From NCBI GenBank assembly GCA_963801165.1, contig CAWDDT010000003.1, forward strand, positions 128,001-192,000: a DNA stretch of 64,000 nucleotides. The letters run 5' to 3'. The translations under genes and the position numbers were made by a program. Numbering within the stretch: position 1 is the stretch's first letter; each line of letters starts with the position of its first letter. Source of the stretch: an uncultured bacterium (lineage in GTDB: Bacteria > Actinomycetota > Acidimicrobiia > Spongiisociales > UBA5794). Below, one piece after another: positions 19,452 to 27,844 of the stretch. Below the pieces are notes generated by a model that had not been told where the DNA came from, did no database searches, and was given only the letters and a program-made list of their open reading frames with translations.

Positions 19452-20237
19452 ATGAGAGTGCTCGGATTGATCGCGGCCACAGCGTTGCTGCTGGCAGCGT
19501 GCGGTGATCCGGGTGCAACAACCGCTCTCAGTTCCTCGACGACCGCATTGGCATCGGGGTTGGATGGAGAGCTGCTGGTGTCGGCGGCAGCGTCCTTGAC
19601 CGACGCGTTTGCCGATATCGAGACGGCTTTCGAGCATGCCAATCCCGGTGTCGATGTGGTTCTGAACCTCGGTGGTAGCTCGTCGTTGCGCGAGCAGATC
19701 CTCGAGGGTGCCCCCGCCGACGTGTTTGCTTCTGCCAACATGGCCAACATGGACGATGTGCGTACGGCAGGCGAGGTTGCAACGGAGCCCCGAGTGTTCG
19801 CCACGAACCTGCTGCAGATTGCAGTTCCAGCAGGTAATCCTGGCGGGGTGACCGGTCTCGAGGATTTCGGCCGGGGAGATCTGCTGATCGGTCTCTGCGC
19901 CGAGGGAGTGCCGTGCGGCGACTTCGCCCGGGAGGCGCTGCGCAAAGCAGGAGTGGATCCCGCCGTCGACACCAACGAGCCGGATGTGCGGGCGCTGCTC
20001 ACCAAGATAGAGATCGGCGAGCTCGACGCCGGCATCACCTATGTCACCGACGTCGTGACCAGCGGCGGTGCGGTCGAAGGGATCGAGATACCCGCAGAGC
20101 AAAACGTTACGGCCGACTATCCGATCGCGGTCCTGGCCAAAGCGCCCAACCCGGTTGTCGCCGAAAGATTCGTGGCCTTCGTCCTCTCCGCGGAGGGGCA
20201 GGCCATCCTGGCACAATACGGTTTCGCCTCGCCTTGA
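19452..20237 (+). CDS. modA: Molybdate ABC substrate-binding lipoprotein
   Basis: Lipobox LAAC, SAAASLTDAF, GGSSSL, ADVFASAN, VPCG, DAGITYVTD. Confidence 0.94.
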   Translation: MRVLGLIAATALLLAACGDPGATTALSSSTTALASGLDGELLVSAAASLTDAFADIETAFEHANPGVDVVLNLGGSSSLREQILEGAPADVFASANMANMDDVRTAGEVATEPRVFATNLLQIAVPAGNPGGVTGLEDFGRGDLLIGLCAEGVPCGDFAREALRKAGVDPAVDTNEPDVRALLTKIEIGELDAGITYVTDVVTSGGAVEGIEIPAEQNVTADYPIAVLAKAPNPVVAERFVAFVLSAEGQAILAQYGFASP

Positions 20238-21046
20238 GGGACCGACCGGCCGGGAGGCACACCGCGGCTGGCCGGCCCCCGGCGCTCTTGATAGCGCTGG
20301 CGTGTCTTGGATTCGCTTTGTTCGTTGTTCCCTTCATCGGGCTGCTCGGCCGGGTTCCCTGGTCGGAGCTCCCCGGTTTGCTAACCAGCCCGACCGCAAC
20401 CGACGCTCTCCGGCTCTCAATCGTCTCGTCGCTGGCGGCGACGGCAATCGCCCTGGTGCTGGGAGTTCCGTTGGCTTGGCTGCTCGCCCGGGTCGAGTTC
20501 CCCGGCCGTGCCCTGGTACGCGGGATCGTCACTCTGCCGCTCGTGCTCCCCCCGGTGGTCGGCGGCGCAGTGCTGTTGTTCGCTCTCGGCCGCCGCGGGA
20601 TGGTCGGAGGGCCTCTCTATCGGGCGACCGGGCTGCTGCTGCCGTTCTCGACGGCGGGAGTCGTCCTCGCCACGACGTTCGTGGCGATGCCGTTTCTGGT
20701 AATCACGGTCGAGGGTGCGCTCCGTAACATGGATCGTCGGTACGAGGGTGCTGCCGCCTCACTCGGCGCGGGTCGGTGGACCGTGATGCGCCGGGTGACA
20801 CTGCCCATGGTCGCCCCCTCGCTGGTGGCGGGCATGGTCCTCACGTGGGCCCGGGCATTTGGCGAATTCGGAGCAACGATCACGTTTGCGGGCAATCTCC
20901 AGGGAAGGACGCAGACACTCCCGCTGGCGGTATACGTCGCGTTGGAGAGCGATCGTGACACGGCGGTGGCCATCAGCCTTCTCATGGTTGCCGTGTCCCT
21001 GGCCGTGCTCGTCTCTCTGCGTGACTGGTGGGGGAGGTCGATATGA
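20234..21046 (+). CDS. modB: Molybdate ABC permease
   Basis: LPLVLPPVVGG, AMPFLV, WARAFGEFGAT, GRTQTLPLAVY; TTG start overlapping the modA stop is inferred. Confidence 0.93.
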   Translation: MRDRPAGRHTAAGRPPALLIALACLGFALFVVPFIGLLGRVPWSELPGLLTSPTATDALRLSIVSSLAATAIALVLGVPLAWLLARVEFPGRALVRGIVTLPLVLPPVVGGAVLLFALGRRGMVGGPLYRATGLLLPFSTAGVVLATTFVAMPFLVITVEGALRNMDRRYEGAAASLGAGRWTVMRRVTLPMVAPSLVAGMVLTWARAFGEFGATITFAGNLQGRTQTLPLAVYVALESDRDTAVAISLLMVAVSLAVLVSLRDWWGRSI

Positions 21047-22110
21047 CCGACTCGGGGCTGTGCGTCGATGTCACTGTGCGCCGGTCGGACGACTTCGAGT
21101 TGTCGATCAACATGACGATTCCCCCCGACAGGACGACGGCGCTGCTCGGTCCCAACGGCTCGGGCAAGTCCACGGTTGTTGCCGCCATCGCCGGGCTTCT
21201 TGCGGTGGACCGGGGGCGGATCACTCTCGACGGTGCGATCCTCGACGATCCCGGCCAGGGTGTGTTCGTGCCGGCCGAAGCGAGGCGGGTGGGAGTCGTC
21301 TTCCAGGATTACCTGTTGTTCCGTCATCTCAGCGTTCTCGACAACGTCGCGTTCGGTCTTCGCAGCAGTGGCGTCGCTCGCGACGAGTCCACAGCACGAG
21401 CTCGCGAGTGGCTGGGGCGGCTGGGGCTCGATGGTGTCGAGACGCGGCGGCCGACCGACCTGTCCGGCGGTCAGGCACAACGGGTGGCTCTCGCCCGCGC
21501 CCTGGCCATCGAGCCCGACGTCCTGCTGCTCGACGAGCCGCTGGCCGCACTCGACGTCACCACTCGTACCGAGCTACGCCATAGCCTAGAGGAGCATCTG
21601 CACTCATTCGGGGGCCCGAGGCTGCTCATCACACATGACCCGACCGAGGCGTTTCTCCTCACGGACGACATCCACATCATCGAGCAGGGCGCCATCACCC
21701 AGAGCGGGTCCGCCGACGAGATCCGGCTTCGTCCTCGCACCCGCTATGCCGCCGACCTGGCGGGCTCCAACCTGATTGCGGGCACTGCCGCTGCCGGTGT
21801 GGTTGACACCGGGACGCAAACCATCCAGATCGCCGACGACACGATCGCAGGCCCGGTTCTCGTCACCATCCACCCGACCGCGATATCCCTCTACCAGCAT
21901 CAACCAGAGGGCAGCCCTCGCAACAGTTGGCGAACGACAGTCGAGCGAGTCGAGCAACTCGGGGTTCGCGTCCGGCTTCGCACCGGGCCACCACTACCAC
22001 TGACCATCGAGGTGACCGAAATGGCTCGGGCCGAACTGGGTCTGGAGCGCGGGGGGAACATCTGGGTGGCGTTCAAGGCCACCGAGCTCGGAGTCCAACC
22101 GGGGCGGTGA
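21043..22110 (+). CDS. modC: Molybdate ABC ATPase with TOBE domain
   Basis: GPNGSGKS, LSGGQAQR, LLLDEP, C-terminal TOBE (VAFKATE). Confidence 0.92.
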   Translation: MTDSGLCVDVTVRRSDDFELSINMTIPPDRTTALLGPNGSGKSTVVAAIAGLLAVDRGRITLDGAILDDPGQGVFVPAEARRVGVVFQDYLLFRHLSVLDNVAFGLRSSGVARDESTARAREWLGRLGLDGVETRRPTDLSGGQAQRVALARALAIEPDVLLLDEPLAALDVTTRTELRHSLEEHLHSFGGPRLLITHDPTEAFLLTDDIHIIEQGAITQSGSADEIRLRPRTRYAADLAGSNLIAGTAAAGVVDTGTQTIQIADDTIAGPVLVTIHPTAISLYQHQPEGSPRNSWRTTVERVEQLGVRVRLRTGPPLPLTIEVTEMARAELGLERGGNIWVAFKATELGVQPGR

Positions 22111-22131
22111 ACATTCCGTCACCACCGGCCA

Positions 22132-22161
22132 CTGTCATGTGATATAAATATCACATGACAG
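22132..22161. promoter_or_regulatory. Perfect 14-bp inverted repeat over the ArsR start (autorepression operator)
   Basis: CTGTCATGTGATAT-AA-ATATCACATGACAG. Confidence 0.8.
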
Positions 22162-22967
22162 CATCTAACGCCGACGCCGAACCGGGTGATCCGGCCCCGG
22201 CCGAACAGGATCTGTGGAGGGCTCTCTCCAATCCGGTGCGACGCCGGATGCTCGATCTGCTCGGCGGAGGCCCGATGACCACGGGAGAGCTGGTTGCAGC
22301 GACCCCCGGCCTCAGCAGGTTCGCCGTCATGCAGCATCTTGGCGTCCTCGAGGCCGCCGGGCTGGTGCTGGTGCGGCGCCGGGGGCGCTACCGGTACAAC
22401 TACCTGGACCCAGTTCCGCTCCGGCGGTGGTACGAGCGGTGGGTGACACCGTTCGCGGATGGGGCTGCTGCCGAGATGCTCAGCTTGCAGCGACGAGTCG
22501 AAGGAGAGGAAGCCATGACTGCACTGTCCGACGAGATGAGGACCGTTCGCATCGAGACGGAGCTCCGATTTCGCGCAACCCCGGATCGAGTGTTTCACGC
22601 ACTGACCGAGGAGACCCTCGAGTGGTTCCCGTTCACATACGGCGAGGACCGGGTAAAGGCTGTGGTCGTCGAGCCGCGAGTCGGGGGAGCGCTCTACGAG
22701 GACTGGGGCGACGGTATGGGCTACCTGTACGGTCATATCACCGTGTACGACCGGCCTCATAGATACGCCAGCCGCGGCCGGATCATGGCAGGGACGATCC
22801 TCGACAGCGACTATGTCCTCGAATCGGATGGAGACGGGACGGTGGTGAAGATGTCCAAGGTCGCGGTCGGTCCCATGACCGAGGAGGAGGCGGCCTCGAT
22901 TATCACGTACGGAGATCTGGCACGGTTCGAGGAGCCGCTGCGCAAGCTGGTGGAGGAGGGCAGTTGA
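22155..22967 (+). CDS. ArsR/SmtB HTH fused to an SRPBCC (AHSA1/START-like) domain
   Basis: ALSNPVRRRMLDLL...SRFAVMQHLGVLEAAGLV then IETELRFRATPDRVFHALT...EPRVGG. Confidence 0.88.
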   Translation: MTASNADAEPGDPAPAEQDLWRALSNPVRRRMLDLLGGGPMTTGELVAATPGLSRFAVMQHLGVLEAAGLVLVRRRGRYRYNYLDPVPLRRWYERWVTPFADGAAAEMLSLQRRVEGEEAMTALSDEMRTVRIETELRFRATPDRVFHALTEETLEWFPFTYGEDRVKAVVVEPRVGGALYEDWGDGMGYLYGHITVYDRPHRYASRGRIMAGTILDSDYVLESDGDGTVVKMSKVAVGPMTEEEAASIITYGDLARFEEPLRKLVEEGS

Positions 22968-23446
22968 CGGCAAGCGACCCGCACATTCTCGAAGCCGACC
23001 ACGCCCCGACTCCCTTCACCGCGGCGGAGATCCGCCGCGGCTGCCCCCCGGGGAGGCGGATCAGGCTCTTTGTCGAGCAAGCGGGTGGGGACGCCCGCTA
23101 CCGGCTCAGCCGGTTCCTGTCCTGCGATGCCGACGGAGCCACACTGGAGGTGCGGCGCACCAATCTCGAGGGCGCGATCATCGAGCCGGCCTCGACGGTG
23201 CGTACCACCTGGCGGGAGTTGCAAGGGCATGCGTCCTTTCCTGCATCCGTCACCGTGATACGGCGCGAGATGATCGCGACTCCCCTGGGCACGTCCGACT
23301 GTCTGTGCTACCAGGTGGATCGCGGCGACAGCGTCGAGCGGTTCTGGTTCGACACCTCCCGGCCCGGTATGCCGATCCGATTCACGCATGAGGAGAACGG
23401 GTCGGTGCTCACCTCCACCACCATGGTCGAAGACACGTTCGAATAG
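22964..23446 (+). CDS. Hypothetical protein, coupled to ArsR-SRPBCC
   Basis: TTGA overlap, GGAGG RBS, 160-aa beta-rich ORF (PTPFTAAEIRRGCP). Confidence 0.75.
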   Translation: MTASDPHILEADHAPTPFTAAEIRRGCPPGRRIRLFVEQAGGDARYRLSRFLSCDADGATLEVRRTNLEGAIIEPASTVRTTWRELQGHASFPASVTVIRREMIATPLGTSDCLCYQVDRGDSVERFWFDTSRPGMPIRFTHEENGSVLTSTTMVEDTFE

Positions 23447-23617
23447 CCGCCGCCCAGGCTCGTGAACGGCATGAACGACGACCGGCAGGAGGTCGTGGGA
23501 GTGGGTTAGCGGCCGGTGGTGCGCCCCCGTTCTATGATGCGGGCGTCGTGGTTTCCCGAGGCGGTGGGGAGTGTGTTTGCAAACCGGACGTGGGACGCGT
23601 TGTCCTGGTCCTGAGGT

Positions 23618-25381
23618 GTGTCTGTGACCACCGATGGATGGTTGACCCTCCTCGTGCTCGTAGCGACCCTCGGGCTGCTGGCGTGGAACCGAATGCCACC
23701 GCCCGCAGTGGTCCTCAGCGCGACGATTGCGCTCCTGGTCACCGAAGTCATCGATTCGTCCCAGGCATTCTCCGGGTTCTCTAACCCGGCGCCGATCACC
23801 GTGGCCGCTCTCTACGTGTTGGCCGCGGCGGCACAGAAGACGGGTCTACTGGTTCCGGTTACGTCCCGACTGCTCGGGTCGGGGAAGACCCGTGGAACGC
23901 TGGCTCGCCTGCTCCTGCCTGCCGCCGGTGCGTCGGCGTTTCTCAACAACACTCCGCTTGTGGCGATCCTCATGCCGGACGTGATCGGCTGGGCACGTCG
24001 ACACGGTCTGTCCGCTTCCCGGTTTCTGTTGCCGCTCTCGTATGCCGCCATCCTTGGAGGCACCCTGACGCTGCTCGGGACCTCGACGAACCTGGTTGTG
24101 TCCGGCCTGCTCCAGGAACGAGGGCAGGAGCCGTTCGGGCTGTTCGAGATCACCCGGATCGGGGGCCCGGTGGTTGTCGTCGGGTTGGCGTTGCTGCTGG
24201 TCACCGCCAAGCTATTGCCGGAGCGTCGCAGCGTCGCAGAGCAGGCCGCCGCGGAAGTGCGGGAGTTCACCGTCGACATGAGCGTCGTCTCCGCCGGGCC
24301 GGTTGACGGCAGCACCGTGACCGGAGCGGGGCTCAGGGATCTGAACGGCGTCTATCTGGTCCAGATCGATCGTGCCGGTCGAATCATCACGCCCGTCAAC
24401 CCCGAGGAGGTTCTCCGTGGCGGTGACCGGCTGACGTTCGCCGGCGATGTGTCCCAGGTCGTCGACTTGCAGCGGATGCGCGGGTTGCGCTCCGCCGAGG
24501 AGGAGCATCTGCTCGAGGTGGACGGTCCCGGGCACACATTCTTTGAAGCCGTGATTGGCAGGTCCTCACCACTTTCGGGCCGGACGCTCAAAGAGGTGGA
24601 TTTTCGTCGCCGTCACGCTGCCGCGGTCGTGGCAATTCACCGGGACGGACATCGCGTCGCCGAGAAGTTGGGCCAGATACAACTTCGGCCCGGCGACACG
24701 ATGCTCTTGGTGGCCGACCTGCGCTTTGAGCGGCAGTGGCGCCACAGCCATGACTTCCTCCTCGCCACCAGGCTTGGCGGGCCGCCGCCCTCGGCAACCA
24801 GAAAAGCACCGCTGGTGGGTGTGATCGCCGTCGCGATGATCCTGCTGGCCGCGTTCAACATCCTCCCTATTCTCGAGGGGGCGCTCCTGGCTGCCGGGTT
24901 GCTGGTCATCACCCAGACGCTCAGCATGGCGGAAGCCCGGGATGCGATCGATCTGAACGTGATCGTGCTCATCGGCGCTGCGTTTGGCTTGGGCGCTGCG
25001 GTCGACAGCACCGGCCTCGCCGGGCAAGTCGCCTCGGGGTTCGTTTCCGCCCTGGACATGTTCGGTCGCGCGGGAATCGTGCTCGGTGTAGTCGCAGCCA
25101 CCTTGCTGCTCACCGAGGTTGTCACAAACAACGCCGCAGCCGTAGTGGTACTCCCGATCGCTCTCAACATCGCCGCCACCGCCGGCATTGACCCGCGGTC
25201 GATGGCCATGGCAGTGGCCGTCGCCGCCTCCGCATCGTTCCTAACGCCGATCGGGTACCAGACCAACACCATGGTCTACGGCCCCGGTGGGTACCGATTC
25301 ACCGACTATCTCCGTGTTGGAGCCCCTATGACCCTGGCGGTACTGGTCACGATCACCACGGTGGTGGTAACGACGGGCTGA
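23618..25381 (+). CDS. SLC13/DASS-family permease with two TrkA-C (RCK) domains
   Basis: SAFLNNTPLV, GTSTNLVV, TEVVTNNAAA, TPIGYQTNTMVYGPGGYRF. Confidence 0.92.
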   Translation: MSVTTDGWLTLLVLVATLGLLAWNRMPPPAVVLSATIALLVTEVIDSSQAFSGFSNPAPITVAALYVLAAAAQKTGLLVPVTSRLLGSGKTRGTLARLLLPAAGASAFLNNTPLVAILMPDVIGWARRHGLSASRFLLPLSYAAILGGTLTLLGTSTNLVVSGLLQERGQEPFGLFEITRIGGPVVVVGLALLLVTAKLLPERRSVAEQAAAEVREFTVDMSVVSAGPVDGSTVTGAGLRDLNGVYLVQIDRAGRIITPVNPEEVLRGGDRLTFAGDVSQVVDLQRMRGLRSAEEEHLLEVDGPGHTFFEAVIGRSSPLSGRTLKEVDFRRRHAAAVVAIHRDGHRVAEKLGQIQLRPGDTMLLVADLRFERQWRHSHDFLLATRLGGPPPSATRKAPLVGVIAVAMILLAAFNILPILEGALLAAGLLVITQTLSMAEARDAIDLNVIVLIGAAFGLGAAVDSTGLAGQVASGFVSALDMFGRAGIVLGVVAATLLLTEVVTNNAAAVVVLPIALNIAATAGIDPRSMAMAVAVAASASFLTPIGYQTNTMVYGPGGYRFTDYLRVGAPMTLAVLVTITTVVVTTG

Positions 25382-25472
25382 TCACTCTTGGGGGTCCTCT
25401 GAAGATGGTGATCACAGAGCGGCGTCGACGCAAAGGTGCACCGGGGTCCGATCACATCTCGACCAAACTCCC

Positions 25473-25514
25473 TTGACCCTATGTACCTATAGTACTAGTG
25501 TCCTAGCACTATAG
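25473..25514 (+). promoter_or_regulatory. YtrA-type operator and promoter
   Basis: TTGACC 25473; inverted repeat CTATAGTACTAG-TGTC-CTAGCACTATAG 25487-25514. Confidence 0.75.
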
Positions 25515-25523
25515 AACAAAGGA

Positions 25524-25916
25524 GTGCGTGTGATCGAGTTCTGGCTTGATAGCCGTTCCGGGGTGGCGCCCTACCTCCAGGTGGTCCAGCAGGTCCGTCA
25601 CGCTTTCCGCCTCGGCCTATTGCGTGAGGGAGACCAGCTGCCCACTGTGAAGGACGTAGTCGCGTCGCTGGCGATAAACCCCAACACTGTTCTCAAGGCA
25701 TATCGGGAACTCGAGCATCAAGGTCTGGTCGAGCCACGTCCCGGTGTCGGCACCTTCGTGACCCGCTCGTTGCCGGACGGGGTCATCGAGGCCTACGTCC
25801 CGCTGCGCAGGGAGCTGGAGGTGTGGCTGGCCAAGGCGCGTCGGGCCGGTCTCGATGACGAGAGCATCGAGGCGTTGGTGGCCAGTACGTTTCGGGCCGA
25901 GCAGGACGTAGCGTGA
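25524..25916 (+). CDS. GntR-family (YtrA subfamily) regulator
   Basis: PYLQVVQQV...LPTVKDVVASLAINPNTVLKAYRELE...PGVGTFV; short C-terminus. Confidence 0.93.
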   Translation: MRVIEFWLDSRSGVAPYLQVVQQVRHAFRLGLLREGDQLPTVKDVVASLAINPNTVLKAYRELEHQGLVEPRPGVGTFVTRSLPDGVIEAYVPLRRELEVWLAKARRAGLDDESIEALVASTFRAEQDVA

Positions 25917-26803
25917 CCGCGATTCTCGAGGCACGAGGTCTCGGCAAGCGGTATGGACGTCGTTGGGCGTTGCGGGACTGCAACGTCGATATTCCACCCG
26001 GGCACGTAACCGGTCTCGTCGGGCCTAACGGTGCGGGCAAGACGACCTTGCTCCATTTGGCGACCGGCATCCTCAGCCCGACAGCCGGCTCCATCGAGGT
26101 GTGCGGGCAGCGCCCGGCCGAGAGTGCGGAACAGCTCGCCAGGGTCGGGTTCGTGGCTCAGGACACTCCGCTCTACGCATCCCTCACTGTGGCCGACCAT
26201 CTCGAGCTTGGTGCCCGGCTCAATCCGGGATGGGACGGTGCGCTGGCGCGACGGCGTGTCGCGGCGCTCGGACTCGACCCAACCCAGAAGGCGGGCAGGC
26301 TCTCGGGCGGCCAGAGAGCTCAGCTCGCCCTGACCCTGGGGCTTGCCAAGAGACCGGAATTGCTCATCCTCGACGAGCCGGTGGCGAGTCTCGACCCTTT
26401 GGCCCGCCGCGAATTTCTCCAGGGTCTGATGGAGGCGGTTGCCGAGAATGAGATGAGCGTTGTGCTCTCTTCCCACGTGGTGTCGGACCTCGAGCGGGTG
26501 TGCGACCACATCGTGGTGCTGGTGGATTCCGAGGTCCGTATCGCCGGCGACGTCGAGGACCTGCTCGACGCTCACTACCGCTTGGTCGGCCCCCGGCGAT
26601 CGGAGCTTCGGTTGCCGTCGGATCAGAACCTGATCAACGCCAGCCATACCGAACGCCAGAGCACGCTCATTGTGCGGACCGGGTCGCAAATCCTCGATCC
26701 CGCCTGGTCGGTGAGCCGCATCGGTCTCGAAGACATGGTCCTCGCCTATATGTCCCAAGCTGCGGACGTGCGGCGGGCGAGACCTCTGGAGGTAGCGCAA
26801 TGA
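25913..26803 (+). CDS. ABC-2 exporter ATP-binding protein
   Basis: GPNGAGKTT, LSGGQRAQ, ILDEP, SSH. Confidence 0.94.
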   Translation: MTAILEARGLGKRYGRRWALRDCNVDIPPGHVTGLVGPNGAGKTTLLHLATGILSPTAGSIEVCGQRPAESAEQLARVGFVAQDTPLYASLTVADHLELGARLNPGWDGALARRRVAALGLDPTQKAGRLSGGQRAQLALTLGLAKRPELLILDEPVASLDPLARREFLQGLMEAVAENEMSVVLSSHVVSDLERVCDHIVVLVDSEVRIAGDVEDLLDAHYRLVGPRRSELRLPSDQNLINASHTERQSTLIVRTGSQILDPAWSVSRIGLEDMVLAYMSQAADVRRARPLEVAQ

Positions 26804-27822
26804 CGTGGCTCACCTGGCGCCAGTTTCGCCTTCAAGCGGCCACCGGCACCGTAGCCGCGGCGGCAATCGCGATCGTGGCCGCAGTGACGGGTCCGAAGTT
26901 GGCGGACCTCGCCGCAAGCAACAGCTCCGTATTCGATGCGCTCACCAAGACCGATCGGACCCTCTTCTTCTCCGGGATCATCATCCTGGCCGTCGCACCG
27001 GCGCTGATCGGTGCCTTCTGGGGGGCGCCGATCGTCGCCCGCGAGCTCGAGACGGGAACCTACCGGTTGGCGTGGGGTCAATCCGTAACCCGGACCCGAT
27101 GGCTGGCCAGCAAGCTTGCCATCACCACGCTCGCCGCCGCGTTGGCAGTGGGCGTTATGAGCCTTGCGGTCACCTGGTGGTCCAGCGCGATCGACGGTGC
27201 CGTCAGCACCACCCGAGGGTCGTTGCCGGATCGCATCACCCCGGTGACATTTGCGATGCGCGGTATTGCACCGATCGGTTACACCGTGTTCGCAATCGCC
27301 CTCGGGGCCCTCGTGGGTGCCGTGCTCCGGCGGACCGTGCCGGCGATGGCGGTCACCATGGCCATCTACATAGCGGTCCAGATCGCAATGCCCTTGATGG
27401 TAAGGCCACACCTGCTGGCTCCGGTAACGACGACCGTCGCCTTCGACCGTGAGACCCTGGAGGGCATAACTCTTCGCAACGACGACAGCATCTTCGTGAC
27501 GCTGCATCTCCCGGACCGAGGTAATTGGGTTCTGGTGAACGAGACGCTCGGCCCCGGCGGCGAGCCGGCGCCGCTCCCGCAGTGGTTTGAGGATTGCTTG
27601 CCACCGCCCGACGGTGGGCTGCCTGGGGTAGCTCGAGCCAACGCCGTCGGCAAGGACACGTGCCTGACCGAACTAACCGACGCCGGCTACCGGCAGCGGG
27701 TTGTCTACCAACCCGCGAGCCGCTTCTGGCCGTTGCAGTGGGTGGAAACCGGCGTCTATCTGGCTATGTCCTCGATCCTCGCCGCGCTGTGTCTGTGGTG
27801 GGTGCGGCGCCGGCTGACTTGA
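26800..27822 (+). CDS. ABC exporter permease
   Basis: MTWLTWRQFR, FWGAPIVARELETGT, YQPASRFWPLQWVE. Confidence 0.88.
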   Translation: MTWLTWRQFRLQAATGTVAAAAIAIVAAVTGPKLADLAASNSSVFDALTKTDRTLFFSGIIILAVAPALIGAFWGAPIVARELETGTYRLAWGQSVTRTRWLASKLAITTLAAALAVGVMSLAVTWWSSAIDGAVSTTRGSLPDRITPVTFAMRGIAPIGYTVFAIALGALVGAVLRRTVPAMAVTMAIYIAVQIAMPLMVRPHLLAPVTTTVAFDRETLEGITLRNDDSIFVTLHLPDRGNWVLVNETLGPGGEPAPLPQWFEDCLPPPDGGLPGVARANAVGKDTCLTELTDAGYRQRVVYQPASRFWPLQWVETGVYLAMSSILAALCLWWVRRRLT

Positions 27823-27844
27823 GCGTCGTTGCAGACCGCATCGA

